64,000 nucleotides of DNA, taken from the human T2T-CHM13v2.0 reference genome, Homo sapiens. Within the stretch, counting starts at the first letter, position 1. Each line of letters starts with the position of its first letter. The stretch lies in the NCBI RefSeq assembly GCF_009914755.1, contig NC_060926.1, one strand, 5' to 3'. The translations under genes were made by a program, and so were the position numbers. This document shows, piece by piece, positions 33,626-52,599 of this stretch. The notes under the pieces are model-generated. The model was not told the origin of the DNA. It did no database searches and worked only from the letters and a program-made list of their open reading frames with translations.

Positions 33626-34057
33626 ATGTTTTCTTTCACTTTAAAAAGTTTCTATTCTTTACCTTCTTTCCTTCTTGAAAATAATGGTTGCAATGAATTA
33701 CTTTTGCTGTCAGCCCCCCAACTTGATGATGTCGTGAAAATGCCATGTTCTTCCCGTCTCTGAGTCTGCCATTATCCATGTTGGCTTCATCCTCAGCCAT
33801 ACTGCACAATGGCTGCCATAGTTGCAGTTGCCATAAATGTAGAAGCATCTAGAGGAAGAAGAGAGAAAGCCTCTTTCTGTTGCTTTAAAAGTTTCTTAGG
33901 AGACTTGCTCTCACATCTCAATGACCAGAAGTGGGCCATGGGCCTAGCACATTCCTAATTACTGGCTAGGGGAAGAAGATCCCCTAAGGCTGATAACTAT
34001 GGCTGAGGCAGGTAGATAGATGAACAGAATTTGGGTTCTGTTAGGGAAGGAGGAGGA

Positions 34058-35206
<1,149 letters not shown>

Positions 35207-36129
35207 AAGGAGGAGGACTGGTTGTTGGGCAGGCAATTCAGTGTCTACCTCATAAAAGCATCACTATGTGCTCTGAAGTAGCTTAATGACCTTCCATTCA
35301 AGGGCATCTCAATCTGATTAACTCCACAGTAAGCTGAGTCAGTTCTGGATCATAAACTCCTTGAGAACAGGATAGAGATTTGTTCATAGATTCATTAATT
35401 ATTTATGCCTTGACTGCTTTCAAAAGACTTGAAATGACTTACAATGAAGATGTGTACAATAAAAGTCTTAAAACCATGGTAACATAATTAGTCATGTTAA
35501 TGAGAGGGCAAAAATAAGATTCATCTTTTTTAACCTTCTATATCACCTGGTGTAGTGCTTTTCACATTTTAAAAAAAGACTTAAATCTAAATATTAAATA
35601 AACGTCTATGACCACTGTTGGCTGGGAGCATAAACTTTATGAAATACCAAGAGAAAGATTTCACAATTAGCAGCCAGAGCTTCCTTGAGAAAAGGCATCA
35701 GAGTTGCTCATCAGACCAAGGTTGAGCAGAGTTCTCAAGCTAAGTGCAAACAACAAATGATGATTGACTTTGCCATTAGCAGTCACAGATGGATGGATTG
35801 TTGTCCTTATACTGATATTTCCAGTGAGCAAAGATCCATCTAGACAGCAGTATCTGCAAAACTCCAGGATCAAGAAATATGTTATATGTAGATTAATGTG
35901 TATACTGATCTATCCCTGTTATCTATAACCAAGAGGCTCTTGGAAATTCTTCACATGAGCTAAACTATAACTTAAAGCTCCAAACCTCACTATCTAAGAA
36001 AATGTATGTATTTCTTCAAAAACATAAACGGGTAAAATGGCTTAATATGGTCCCTATTGATGTTCCAATATTAAGTGGGAACAAAGCCTTCAGCCAACAA
36101 ACTCCCCAACAGTTGCATTTTAGGTAGTG

Positions 36130-37215
36130 AGAATTCTACTTCTGGTAATCGCAAACTTAGGTAATTCAGGCCAATCTTCCCACTAGTAATAGTGGAAAAG
36201 CTGGATCAAATAGGAAAAACATCTGTCTTACAGCTTAAGAAATCACTAAGACAGTGACAGCTTACAGATCAAAAGAATTGAGAGAAGGAGGAAACCCAAA
36301 GAGGTGAGGCTGGCCCTTGGGGCTACTTTTCCTTATAGATTTCTACCATTTCTCCAAGAGGAGACTCAAAGTCGGAGAACCTAAGCAGAGCTGTGAAATA
36401 CTTATATGGTTGGTGAGACAAACATTGGAATTAAGGGCTCACCAAGGAGGAAAGCCCTGCCAAACCTAGCTTTTGTGTTGAGACCCCAAAGGTGTACTCT
36501 CTGGGACTAAGAGTAAGTTGGAAATAGATTTTTAATTATGTCAATCTCTGATTGAATTGAGGTGATCTGGAATTACTAGTATTCTTAGCCTACGTCCAGA
36601 GCAAATGTAAAACTCTTTAGGGGGAAGATATCCTCGTATTGCAGAAACCAATTTTTCTCAGTCTTTCATATAATATGAGAAAACACAAATTTGTAAACAC
36701 AAACCAGGAGAAACATGAGACAAAAGAACAAGACTCATAGGGGATCCAGAAAATAGTAAACCTGGAATTTAAAATAGCTATGCTTAATGTGCTCATGGAA
36801 AATAACAGGTGAGACTAACAGAATATGGCAGAAACAATATTTGAAGATATAACAGTGTGAAAGTCACAAAAAATTTCAAGCCAAAGGTACACACCTCAAG
36901 TAGGACTCATGCAAAAAAACCAAGGTAATCAAGAGAAACATAGATTAAAAACATAAATTCTGTAAATTTAAAAAAAAGCCAAGGTACGAGAGAGAAGGGG
37001 GCTAAGGAGACAGAAAACAGACAGAAGGGACCCAGTAGAAAGTAGACAGTAATATAGTATTTTAAACTCAAACACATCAGTAACCACATTTGAAGTAAAC
37101 ATGCTAAAAAACATTTGAAGTAAAAAGATTGTCAGACTGGATTGAGAATAAAAAATTTAAACCCAACTATATGTTGCTTACAAGTGATATATCTTAAATA
37201 TAAAGGTACAGAATT
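36130..37215 (+). mobile_element. Ancient L1M 5' and ORF2-start fragments
   Basis: aaaagattgtcagactggat..aacccaactatatgttgcttacaag resembles degraded ORF2 EN sequence. Confidence 0.55.
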
Positions 37216-37374
37216 TTAGGCACTAGAGAACCAAGTAAGGATTTGGGACTATGAAACATTATTAAGTCTGCCTGAAGTTATTGCAATACAGAGTTACTTC
37301 ATCTATCTGCTGGACTAAGTCAGCAGCTAAAATGTGGTATGTTAGGACATTGAATAACACTGACTAAGTTGACA

Positions 37375-37657
37375 TTTTTTTTTTCTCTCTGTCACTCAGG
37401 CTGGAGTGCAGTGGTGCCATCTTGGCTCCCTGCAACCTCTGCCTCCTGGGTCCAAGTGATCCTCCCACCTCAGCCTCCTAAGGAGCTGGGACTATAGGCA
37501 TGTGCCACCATGCCCAGCTAGTTTTTAATATTTTTTTTGTACAGATAGGGATTCACCATGTTGCCCAGGCTGGCCTCAAACTCCTGGACTCAAGTGATTC
37601 ACCTGCCTCAGCCTCTCAAAATGCTGGGATTATAGGCCTGAGCCAGCACACCTTCCC
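37375..37657 (-). mobile_element. AluJb-like
   Basis: ctgcaacctctgcctcctgggtccaagtgatcctcccacc; flanking agt(t/ca)gacattttt duplication. Confidence 0.88.
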
Positions 37658-39175
37658 AGTCAGACATTTTTAGCCCAAGCCATTTTATGAATTTAGCAAG
37701 GACTACATATAAACTAAGGATTTATAATCTTTTAATAATGAGATACAGTGTTTTGGGTTTTTTTTTTCCCCAAATTTCTCTGAAGTCTTACATTATTGGA
37801 TGATGTACCAAAATGTTAGGGAGAAGTTCTCTTCTCTCAATTTTTAAAGCAGTGGAGAGAGCTGTAAGTAGTAAGGCAAACTTGGAATTAGCCAGGGGAG
37901 TTGGCTATGCTTTTTCAGGTTGCAAGAGAGACAGTGAAATGTTTGGCTACCTTTTGGTGATGAGCGTTTATTGAAGGGACAGGTGAGGATGTGAGAAAAC
38001 ACAGGAAATCATCTCAACAGCCAGGTCTCAGGAGAAGTGAACTGATAATGCCACTTGAGGTGCAAAAGGGGTCACTTTATCTTTTCATGAGAAGTCTTTC
38101 TCCAGACTTTTAAATATGTGTCTTCTTAATCCTTGGCATTGAGAGAATATGGTTATTTCAGGATACAGAAAGCAATTTCAATAGCATTGTGATTTCTAAT
38201 AATTAAAACTGGCCCTTGAGAATTACTTCAGTAAAGTGGTCATTATTATATCAGCAACACAGTTCAATATAATTAATTCTTTATAATCATAATAATGGGC
38301 TATGGTATTATTAATATGATTATTGTTATCCTAATAGGGGACTGACATCTCTCTGCACACTATGGCCTGTTTTGTGTGTTTGGGGCTAGAGGGCATGAAA
38401 GAAAAGAGCTTTGGTTTTAATGGTGCTTCCTCTCCAGTTCCAGCTCATCTATCTATGCTTCAACTTTAATTAAGTTCCACTTTCATGTCAGTGATTGCTT
38501 TGTCGAGTTTATTAAAACAATAAAGTTTATTCATTTGGGTATTCTTTTAAATTATGCTTGCTGATCTTACAATCTAAGACCATTTAGAACAAAAGGAAAA
38601 CATTTTTGTGTCCCTGGGAGGTGACACGACTCACTGGTTCTGTGCTGTCTGCTCACACCTCCAATATTTACCAGAGTCAAACACTCCTGGTAAACTTACT
38701 GAATTATATCAAAAGGTTCACTATCTAAAATAAGGAGATTTGGGACACTATAGTAATTTCATCCATGCCATTAAATCCTGCCATTTTTTAATGTACTGAT
38801 GCACCATTTAAAGGAAAACTTCAGAGAATCTTGTGTAACGGAACAGATAATTTTAGTAAGTTAAATAAACCCTCCACTCCTTCCTTTAATCCATAATTTA
38901 CATGTAGATTTTGAACTAAAATCTTAGAATCTTATAAATTGGATTTCTCTAAAGTGTGGAAAGCTTTTATCTGGAAATAGCATCCAAGAGATGATTTTCT
39001 TCTTCAGGTCATTTACTTAGTACATTTATCAGTATTTTGGCAAAGGAGCATACTTTTTGAAGTTGGAAAATGGAAGGTACATAGCTAGTAATTTTTACAT
39101 GCTAGGTACTAAGATCCAATGCAGAGAAGAAGGAAGGATTATTGACCCTGAGTGAAGGTAAATTTGTTGACCTAT

Positions 39176-41476
39176 TGATATAGTTTGGCTGTGTCCCCAC
39201 CCAAATCTCATCTTGAATTGTAGCTCCCACAATTCCCGTGTGTCATGGGAGGGACCCAGTGGGAGGTAATTGAATCACGGGGGTGGGTCTTTACCATGCT
39301 ATTCTTGCAATAGTGAATAAGTCTCATGAGCGCTAATGGTTTTATAAAGAGGAGTTCCCCTGCACAAGCTCTCTTTGCCTGCTGCCATCCATGTAAGATG
39401 TAACTTACTCCTCCTTGCCTTCCACCACGATTGTGAGGCCTCCCCAGCAACATGGAACTGTAAGCTCATTAAACTCTCTTTCCTGTATAAGTTACCCAGT
39501 CTCAGGTATGTCTTTATAAGCAGTGTGAAAATGGACTAACACAGTAAATTGGTACCAGTAGAGTAGGGCATTGCGCAAAGATACCCAAAAATGTGAAAGC
39601 AACTAGAACTGGGTAACAGGCAGAGGTTCGAACAGTTTGGAGGGCTCAGAAGAAGACAGGAAAAATGTAGAAAAGTCTGTAACCTCGTAGATACTTGTTG
39701 AATGGCTTTGACAAAAATGCTGATAATGATATGCACAGTAAAATCCAGGCTGAGGTTGTCTTGGAGATGAGGAACTTGTTGGGAACTGGAGTAAAGGTGA
39801 CTCTTGGTATGTTTTTGTAAAGATATTGGTGGCATTTTGCCCCTCCCTTAGAGATTTGTAGAAATTTGAATTTGAGGGATATGACTTGGGGTATCTGGTG
39901 GAAGAAATTTCTAAGCAGCAAAGCATTCAGAAGTGACTTGGGTGCTGTTAAAAGCATTCAGTTTTAAAAGGGAAACAGAGTATAAAAGTTCAGAAAATCT
40001 ACAGCCTGAAGATGTGATTAAAAAAAAAAAAACAAAAAACATTTTCTTGGGAGAAATTCAAGCCAGCTGAGAAATTTGCATAATTAATTAGGAGCCAAAT
40101 GTTAATCACCAAGACAATGGAGAAAATGTCTCCAGGGCATGTCAGAGACTTTGCGGCAGCCCTTCACATCACAGGCCCAGGGGCCTAGGAGGAAAAAATG
40201 GTTTTGTGGGCCAACCTCAAGGACCCCCTGCTCTATGCAGCCTAGGGACTTGGTGCCCTGCATTCCAACCACTCCAGCTGTGGCTAATGGGGCCAAGGTA
40301 CAGCTTGGGCTGTTGCTTCAGAGGGTGAAAGCCCCAAGCCTTGGCAGCTTCCATGTGGTGTTGAGCCTGTGGGTCCATGAAAGTCAATAACTGAGGTTTG
40401 GAAACCTCCACCTAGATTTCAGAGGATGTATGAAAATGCCTGGATGCCCAGGTAGAAGTTTGTGGCAGGGGCAGTGGCCTCATGGAGAATCTGTGCTAGA
40501 GCAGTGTGGAAGGGAAATGTGGGGTTGGAAACCCACACAGAGTTCCTACTAGGGCACTGCCTAGTGGAGCTGTGAAAAGAAGGCCACTGTCCTCCAGACC
40601 CCAGAATGGTAGCTACACCAACAGCTTGCACCATGTGCTTGGAAAAGCTGCAGGCACTCAACACCAGCCTGTAAAAGCAGCTGGGAGGGAGGCTATACCC
40701 TGTGAAGCCATAGGGACAGAGCTGCCCAAGATCATGGGAACCCACCTCTTGTATCAGCATGACCCAAATTAGAGAAATGGACTTAAAGATCGTTTTGGAG
40801 CTTTAAGATTTGACTGCCCTGCTGGATTTGCATAGGGCCTCAACCCCTTTGTTTCGGCTAATGTCTCCCATTTGGAATGGCTGTATTTACTCAATGCCTG
40901 TATCCCCACTGTATCTAGGAAGTAACTAATTTGGTTTTGATTTTACAAGATCATAGGCAGAAGGGACTTGCCTTGTCTCAGATGAAACTTGGGACTGTGG
41001 ACTTGTGAGTTAATGCTGAAATGAGTTAAGGTTTTGGCGGACTGTTGGGAAGGCATGATTGGTTTTGAAGGGTGAGGACATGAGATTTGGGAGGGTCCAG
41101 GGGTAGAATGATATGGTTTGGCTGTGTCCCCACCCTAATCTCATCTTAAATTTTAGCTCCCACAATTCCCATGTGTCATGGGAGGGACCCAGTGGTAGGT
41201 AATTGAAACATAGGGATGGGTCTTTCCCATGCTATTGTCATGATAGTGAATAAGTCTCATGAGATCCTGATGGTTTTATACAGAGGAGTTCCCCTGCACA
41301 CGTTCTCTCTCTTTGCCTGCTGCTATCCATGTAATATGTGATTTACTCCTCCTTGCCTTCTGCCATGACTGTGAGGCTTTCTCAGCTACGTGGAACTGCA
41401 AGTCCATTAAACCCTTTTTCCTGTAAAAATTCCCCAGTTTTGGGTGTGTCTTTATCAGCTTAAATGAACTGATACA
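39176..41476 (+). mobile_element. Complete THE1 (THE1A/B-like) MaLR provirus
   Basis: LTRs at 39176-39543 and 41109-41476 (TG..CA, 368 bp each), about 1.57 kb internal region, purine-rich tract before the 3' LTR, perfect 5-bp TSD cctat at 39171-39175 and 41477-41481. Confidence 0.96.
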
Positions 41477-42196
41477 CCTATGGTATTTGCATTGAATCCA
41501 CCATGATTTCACAGTTTTTCTATTCTATCCACCCACGTGACAGCTAAAGTTTCATGTATACAGGGTTAATAAAAAATGTTATCCAATGTACCAAAGCTAG
41601 CTCTGTTAACGAGCATAAAGACAAACCATCTTAAATTTAATTTCAGTCTGGTCTGATTGTCCTTCAAGTTTTGGCATTGTGGGTTGTTGTCCCGACATAC
41701 AATGGCATAGGCTCGGTACAGCCATGCATCTTCATATAATTCCATTTAATTCCACTAATTACTTGCCATGAAATCCAAGAAGGATTATTCATTGTCTTTA
41801 TTTTCATCTGCAAACTGGATCTTCATTTCTTCCTGGAGTATATGATCTATTAAAAAACAGATTCAATAAACATTCAATAATCATATACCAGTTAGACTCA
41901 GTAAACCATATATGGGGTTCTATGCAGATAATTGTGCCTAGAGATGAAAAACTGCATCATAAATATGATTAAGACATGGCATTTTCCGTTATTAACCACT
42001 GAACTCTTAATACAGGAAAACAAGACTTATGAGTTTTAAATGACCCTTTATCAAAATGATCCATCCTTTTATCCTCCGTGGGTTTCCAATGTGAAAAGAA
42101 TGATATTCTCAAGCTGGATCTATGCTTGTAGTGAATTGTTATAATTTTATGTTGCCTTGGCATCCATTTTGAATACAAGTTTAATTTTCTCATATC

Positions 42197-42899
42197 AGAA
42201 GCAGGGTGTAATCATCCTGAACAGTTTCCAGTTTTGCACCACACCTAAATGGTTTAGATGGTCAGAGATAAGAACTTAGAGACTCTTTCACCTGCCTCGC
42301 TAACTAGGCTCCTGCTTTCTCCCTTTGGTTCCTTTACACAGATCATTTAGTCATTTGCCTGAGAACTTAAACTGACCCACACTTTATTCCCTTTTATATA
42401 CTGCTAGTTGCCACGCATGCTCGTGCTCTCTTTCTTGGCTTTATTTGTCATTACTGACTTATGTGACCTGGGGACAGAGGTATGCGTAGGATCTGTAAGT
42501 AAAAATTATTTAAATATGTTTTCTACTGTGGTGGAGTATTGAATTTGCACCTTCCATCTAATGAACTAGGAGCTGCCCCAGGATGGGTTTTCTCCAAAGC
42601 TGGGGAAAATACAAGGTCAGGCTCCCAGTGACAGAGTGATGGTCAGGCAGGCATAAACTGGACATGGGTCAGAGAAGAGCCATGAGAGCATATGCTTGTA
42701 TAAATAAGTTTCCCATGTGAGGGATCCCCGGGTCACAGATTGAACAACCAGGCATTAGGCCATCCACCAGGTAAAACAAATATCCCGTGAAAGGCACTTG
42801 GTAAGCACCCATGTACCCCTTGCTTTAAATCGCTATTAGGGCAGGGTTGTTGGTCACTTGGGTTCTGGAACTCCAATTTTGCTGGGGGCTCTCAAAACA
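42197..42899 (+). mobile_element. Solo ERVL-type LTR (MER54/MER73-like; family uncertain)
   Basis: gaagcagggtg..cagagataagaacttagag..ttatatactgctag..gctgggggctctcaaaaca. Confidence 0.55.
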
Positions 42900-43263
42900 A
42901 TCCTTCAAGTCAAGAAAGGAATTATTTTAACATTTTGCCTTCGGGTATTCGTGCCAAGGCCATCTGTCACATCTACTCTTTCCCTAGAGTAGTCAGAGCT
43001 GTCAGAACAGCACTCTACAAGAAACTGATACTGTATAGCACAGCAAGAAACATTTTCTTTGAAAAAATAAGATGCATCCAATGGCCATCAGTGGGGTTAA
43101 ACCAAGTCAGAGAGGCAAAACTCTGGCGCCATGAAGTCTAAGATGGTACATTTCTGAGCAGATGTCTTATATCAAAGAAATTGTGATTTCTGAACCAGTT
43201 TTAGGGGAAGAGGTGGAATATATACTTGGAGGAGAGTTGGAGCTCAATTTGTCTCTGCTGCTT

Positions 43264-46968
<3,705 letters not shown>

Positions 46969-47060
46969 AATCTCCTCAGGTGTAAAATGAGGGTAATAAT
47001 GCATACCTAAAAGGATTACTGAAGATTCAGAATAATGTATTTAAAGCATTTAGCACAGAA
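46969..47060 (+). mobile_element. MIR (host of the L1; 5' part at about 43230-43280)
   Basis: tgtaaaatgagggtaataat..taaagcatttagcacag. Confidence 0.7.
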
Positions 47061-47304
47061 ATAGATCCAAATAATAATGATGAGGAGGGTGATTATGACT
47101 AATGATAATATCAGCCTGACAGCTGCTGAGGAAGCCGACATCAGTACATCTGGTTCCATGGATCTATGTGTGCCCTTTTCTGGAATTTGAATTACCACAA
47201 ATCTTACTTCCCAATTCCTCATGATTTTATTCACAGAAGCATTGCATACTATAGTATTATGTTTGGAATAGAACCAATTCCATGTTCTTAAAGGTTGAAG
47301 GCTC

Positions 47305-47480
47305 ATTCACTTAAATATTTATTGAGGCCCTACTACCTGCTAGATGCTGGTGATTCTGTGATAAGCAAAAAACATGACTTTGCTTTTGTGGTACTTATAG
47401 TCTAGTGGGGGGAAACAGACAAGTCAAATAATCATCTGGGTAAACATAAGGATATAACCATAATCATTGCTTTAAAGAGC
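47305..47480 (-). mobile_element. L2 3' fragment
   Basis: cattcacttaaatatttattgaggccctactac..cttatagtctagtggg. Confidence 0.7.
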
Positions 47481-49093
47481 TAAATATTGCTAATGAAATT
47501 TAGTATAGTCTGCAGATAACAGCTATGCTCTAGAGGCGAGGAAGTTAAAAGTTACTGGGTATTTTTCAAATTATTTGGTTGCAGTAGAATTTCTGACGTC
47601 AGTTACTATTTTGTATGGTAATGAATAGAAGAAAAAGTAAACTATATTCACTAAACCTCATTCTTCTGACAACTGCTTGTGCTGTCATCTTTCAATTCTT
47701 TAGTAGACTTTCCTGAATAAAACCTGTAAATGTTCAGAATTAGTCATTAGTCCACTATCAACATGTATCTTTGTCTTCAATTCTGTGGAGACTCAGAGGA
47801 TAGACTTGTACTCCTTCTGTTTCTAGGTTCTAACTTAAAAATGTGTAAGAACTATGGACTGAGAGGCTGCTGTTTGCATACCTTCAAGTGCCATTAAGGG
47901 AAATCTGAACAGGTGTATCACATTGGCTCCATGATGCTTACTGGTTTAACTGAGTTAGCTTGGAGAAAGCGGTAAATTAACCCTCATTTCTTCAGCTTTA
48001 GTAACTCTAGCACAGATGTTAAGCAAGTAGAAATTGTTTCAAAGGGCTTGGTTCTCTGCTTCTTTCACTTGATATTATCAGAACATTTTCTGGTTTTGAT
48101 GGCTTGGCTTTGTGTACCTTCTAATTTATAAAAGTTCTTTATCCCACTTCTCTACATGTTTCCTTCCCCTGGTGCTTGTAATGTCTTTTTATGCACAAAT
48201 GTGGCTCCTTCAAGAGCCTCCTGCTAAGAAATGAGCAAAAGAGGAATTGAAAATCCTTTGGCTTCTTTTAAACTCATGAAACTTGCTATTTTCAGAACCA
48301 CAGGTCTGGAACAGAAAAGCTAAGTTGGTCAAATGCTAGCAGGCAGCCCACTTCACATCTTGGGTGATAGAGATTTATAGAGGTTTCTGTTTGTTTGTTT
48401 GTTTTGTTCAGCAATATGTTGCAACTCTCAAAGAGTACCTGTTATACAGTAGGCACTCAATAAATATTTGTTGAGTGAATCAGTAACAAATAAATAAACT
48501 TCAAATTTGATCTTATGCTCATTGGCAACTTTCACTTCCTTCCTTTGGGATTGTGAAGATAGTTCTCAAAATATAAAATAACACAGAAATTTGCTCTTCT
48601 TCCCTGTCTCCAGCTACATCTATTTTTTTTCCATTCAGCATTGATCTTTATGTGTGAATCATGTCAGACTTCTCATTGTCCTTGGTTGCTTTAGCAATTC
48701 CCCTACTCTTCATTACCCTGTAATTTCTCAAACTCTGCTTAAGCTGGACAGCATTTCAGTCTGGCTTAACTGAACTAGGCAGCTAGAGAGTATTGATTCC
48801 TAAATACCATGTTGAGAGCGAGGGTGAGCAAGGCAGGCGGTGTATAATCAAGGTGCTACTAACTGGAGAAAACTAGCCAGTTAGTGTTTTTGTAGACCGT
48901 TCTAGTTAAAGTTTGAGAGTGGCTACTGTTGTTAGTGTAATTTCCATCAGTGAAAGTGTTATCACCCATGGTGAATCAGTTCTTGTTTCCCAGAATAACT
49001 GGGATTCTAATTGATAAAACACAGAGAACATAAGCAAATCAGAAAGAAACGAGGAAGGCTATTAATTTTAAATATAAACTGCATTGAACAAAG

Positions 49094-50308
49094 ATTTATG
49101 AGATTGGTCTGGGCAAGAATATTTTGGATAAGACCCCAAAGCACAAGCAACAAAAGCAAAAATAGACAAATAAGATTATATCAGACTGAAAATCTTCAGC
49201 ACAGCAAAGGAAACAATAAACAGAGTGAAAAGACAACATACAGAATAGGCCAAAATATCTGTTAACTATACATCGGACAAGGAGCTAATATCCAGAATGT
49301 ATAACAGCCCAATAGAAAAAGTATCCAATAAAAAAAGCAAAAAATTTGACTAGACATATCCCCGAAGAAGACACAAATGATTAATGGGTATATGAAAAAA
49401 GTCTCAACACCACTAAGCATCAGGAAAATGCAAATTGAAATCACAATAAGCTGTCAATGTCACCTTGTTTAGAATGTTGTTAAAAAGAGAAAAAATTACA
49501 AATGCTAGTATAGATGTGTAGAAAGGAAAACTCATACACTGTTAGAAATATAAATTTGTACATCTTGTAAATAGCATGGAGGGCCCTCAAAAATTAAAAG
49601 TAGAACTACCTCATGATCCAGCAATCCCACTACTGGGCACATATCCAAAGAAAATGAAATTAGCATGTTGAAGAGCTATTTGCATTCCTATGTTTATTGC
49701 AGCTCTATTCATAATAGCCAAGATAAGGAATCAACCTAAGTGTTCAACAGATGAGTGGGTAAAGAAAATGTGGTATATGTACACAGTGGAATACTATTCA
49801 ACCACTAAAAAGAATAAAGCATCGTCATTTGCAGCAACATGGATGAACCTTGAGGACATTATGTTAAGTGGAATAAACCAGGCACAAAAAGATGAATACC
49901 ACATGATCTCATTCATATGTGGAATCTAAAGAAGTTGATCTCATGGAAGTAGAGAATAGAATAGTTGTTACCAGAGACGGGTGGGGAGAATAGGGGGATG
50001 AGGAATATAGGGTGAGACTGGTCAACAGGTACAAAGTAAAGTTAGAAAAGAAAAATAAGTTCTGGTGTTTTATTGCACAATACAGTGACTATGGTTAACA
50101 ATATTGTATGTTTCAAACTAGCTAGATGAGAGTATTTTGAATGTTCTTACCACAAATAAATGAATACAAGAAAAGAATCGTACGAGTGGATGGGTATGCT
50201 AAATACCCTGCTTTGATATTTTACACAATGTATACATTTATCAAAACATCCCACTGTTCCCCATACCTATGTACAATTATTATGTTTAAAAACAAAATAA
50301 AAAATTAA
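49094..50308 (+). mobile_element. L1MA-type 3' fragment (ORF2 end and 3'UTR)
   Basis: aagaccccaaagcacaagcaacaaaagc..MFIAALFIIAK..WMNLEDIMLS..tgtacaattattatg plus A-rich tail. Confidence 0.9.
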
Positions 50309-50369
50309 GAAGAGAATGAGTGTTAGGAGAAAGAAATCTGTGCTCAGAATCAGCTTATTTTATGAGTCA

Positions 50370-50560
50370 TTTATTATGTCTTAGGACTGTGCTAAGTGTT
50401 TTACATGCATTTCTCATTTAATACTTACGCCAATCCTATGGCTTAAGATTATTGTGTGTTCCTTTAATCGATAAGAAACCAAGGCTTAGAAAGTTTAAGC
50501 AATGAGTCAAGGACCCAGGCAACCTAACTCCAAATCCAAAAATTTTAGCCACTCTGCCTC
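50370..50560 (-). mobile_element. MIR
   Basis: actgtgctaagtgttttacatgcatttctcatttaatac..gataagaaaccaaggcttagaaag. Confidence 0.75.
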
Positions 50561-50923
50561 ATCTCTATCTGGGTGCAAATTGTATCTACAGTCGTACTTT
50601 TCTCTTAACTATTTCTTGTCCCTAATGAAGGATGTTGTACTTGTATACATTTGTCATTCTTTTGAGTTCAGACCTGCTTTTGCATTTGACTTAAAACCAG
50701 CTACTTGTACAGGGGAATCTTACTAGTTGACTACCTTCCTCTTAATAATTTTGGTTAGAGAAAATAGCACAAAGTTTGTAGGAAGGAGAAATGAATTTCA
50801 AAGTAAATAGAGACACTAAGGCATTACATATGAAAATATCTTAAATGGTGCCTAGCACATAATAAGTAGGTTCATCATTAAGTGTAAGTTAAAAACACAC
50901 ACACACACACAAAAAGCCACCTT

Positions 50924-51196
50924 GGAGAGGCACAGTGGCTCACATCTGTAATCCCAGCACTTTGGAACCCAGTGATTTGAGATCAGCCTGGGCAACATGG
51001 CAATACCTGTCTCCCAAAAAAAAAAAAAAAAAAAAAAGGTCAGATGTGGTGGCTTATGTTTATGGTCCCATCTACTTACTTGGGAGGCTGAGGTGGGAGG
51101 ATTGTTTGAGACTAGGAGGTCAAGGCTGAAGTGAGCTGTGTTTTGTGCCACCGTACTCCAGTGTGGGTGACAGAGCAAGATTCTCTCTCAAAAAAA
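50924..51196 (+). mobile_element. AluJ with deletion in the left monomer and expanded middle A-tract
   Basis: cactttggaacccag junction; gaggtgggaggattg..ggtcaaggctg J-type right arm. Confidence 0.88.
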
Positions 51197-52599
51197 CAAT
51201 CACCTTAAATCTCTTTTCTTTTGCATCTATATCCTAGGAGTAGAGACAGAGAGTAATACTAAGAGAAGGTAGAGGCGGAAGGAGGAAGAGGAAGGAAGAG
51301 AAACCAGAACATACGTCCAAAGATATATGAACCCATTAGGTGGGAGATGAAGCAAGGGTTTGTGGAACAGAATCCTATATTTATATTTTTTGCCTTGTTT
51401 GGGTCCTGAACACTTTAGAGAAAATTGAAAAGGTGGCTGAGTGGGGAAACTGACAGCACCAGAAGAGAGGAGAACTTTGCTGATTTTTAACTTTGGTGGG
51501 ACCAGTCCTAAATTAAAGCCATACTTCATATTCTGTGAGGGATGAGAATCACTTTCTGGGATTTTTAAGTCCCATCAAGTGCTTAAGACTCTTTTCTGAG
51601 TATTTAAAAAGGCTGTGGAAATCATCCTTATTTTTATTGGTCAGGTACCTACTAGGCTGTAATGAGCTAGTTGAAATGTGAAAACCAACGTTTCAGACTT
51701 GTGTCTGACTTTACAGTCTAAGCTATGATGAACTCCACTCTCCTCCACTCAGCCTCTTTCCTTGCTTTCAGGATGTCAAGCCCAAAGACTTGAGCTACAC
51801 ACTAGGCATGGGGCAAAGGGATGGTGCTGCTACCAGTGCCAGGTGTGGTAGTTGATGTCTTTAGTAACATCAGAGATAAAGTCCTAGGTATTTCAGACTG
51901 TGTGACACATTTGGGGTTCACTGTTACTAAAAATATTCTGTTTAACTGAAAGGTATTTGTCCACAGATAGACACTACAATGAACAAACAATTTTTCTTTG
52001 ATAAAAGCACAAAGTACCTTGGGGATCATGCAATCAGAGCTTCAGCTTCATCATTATGAACATAAATTCTCTTTGTACCAGGAAATTGTGGAAACGATAG
52101 CTCATAGACAGCTCATATTGAGAGAATGTTAATGAGCCACTACATACTCTCTGAGGTTGACTAACCATTGTGGAGATAATGCTGGTGGCAAAGGATATGA
52201 GTATTCTAGAGGGAATGGGCAAGTGAAGCAAAGTGTCTCTTAATGTGTGCCATCTACCAGCACTAAAATGGTGCCCACTTGAACTGATTTGTAAACTTGT
52301 AACACTGACTTTGACCATCTGTACTCCTGGGTATCATGGTAAGTTATAAAGTAGATCACTACGCAATGCCTTTTAAGGTGCACACTCTGCTTGTGGTGCA
52401 AATAGTAATTCAGGGGCCTGGTTTTGAATCTATGCTGGTCTGCCTCATTTAAGAGAGCATTCAGGTTTCCATTATAGCTATGGCAAACTAAAATCTAATT
52501 GAATTCTACAGGCATTTAATAGCATGTCTAATGCGGGCAAAGCTCTTTGCTAGGGGATGGTAGAGGTACAGAGATAAAAGACAAAGATCAGTGCTTGAT

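Noticed and set aside
39208-41512. Cluster of 60-113 aa ORFs
   Set aside because: All lie inside the decayed THE1 element; no recognisable intact protein.
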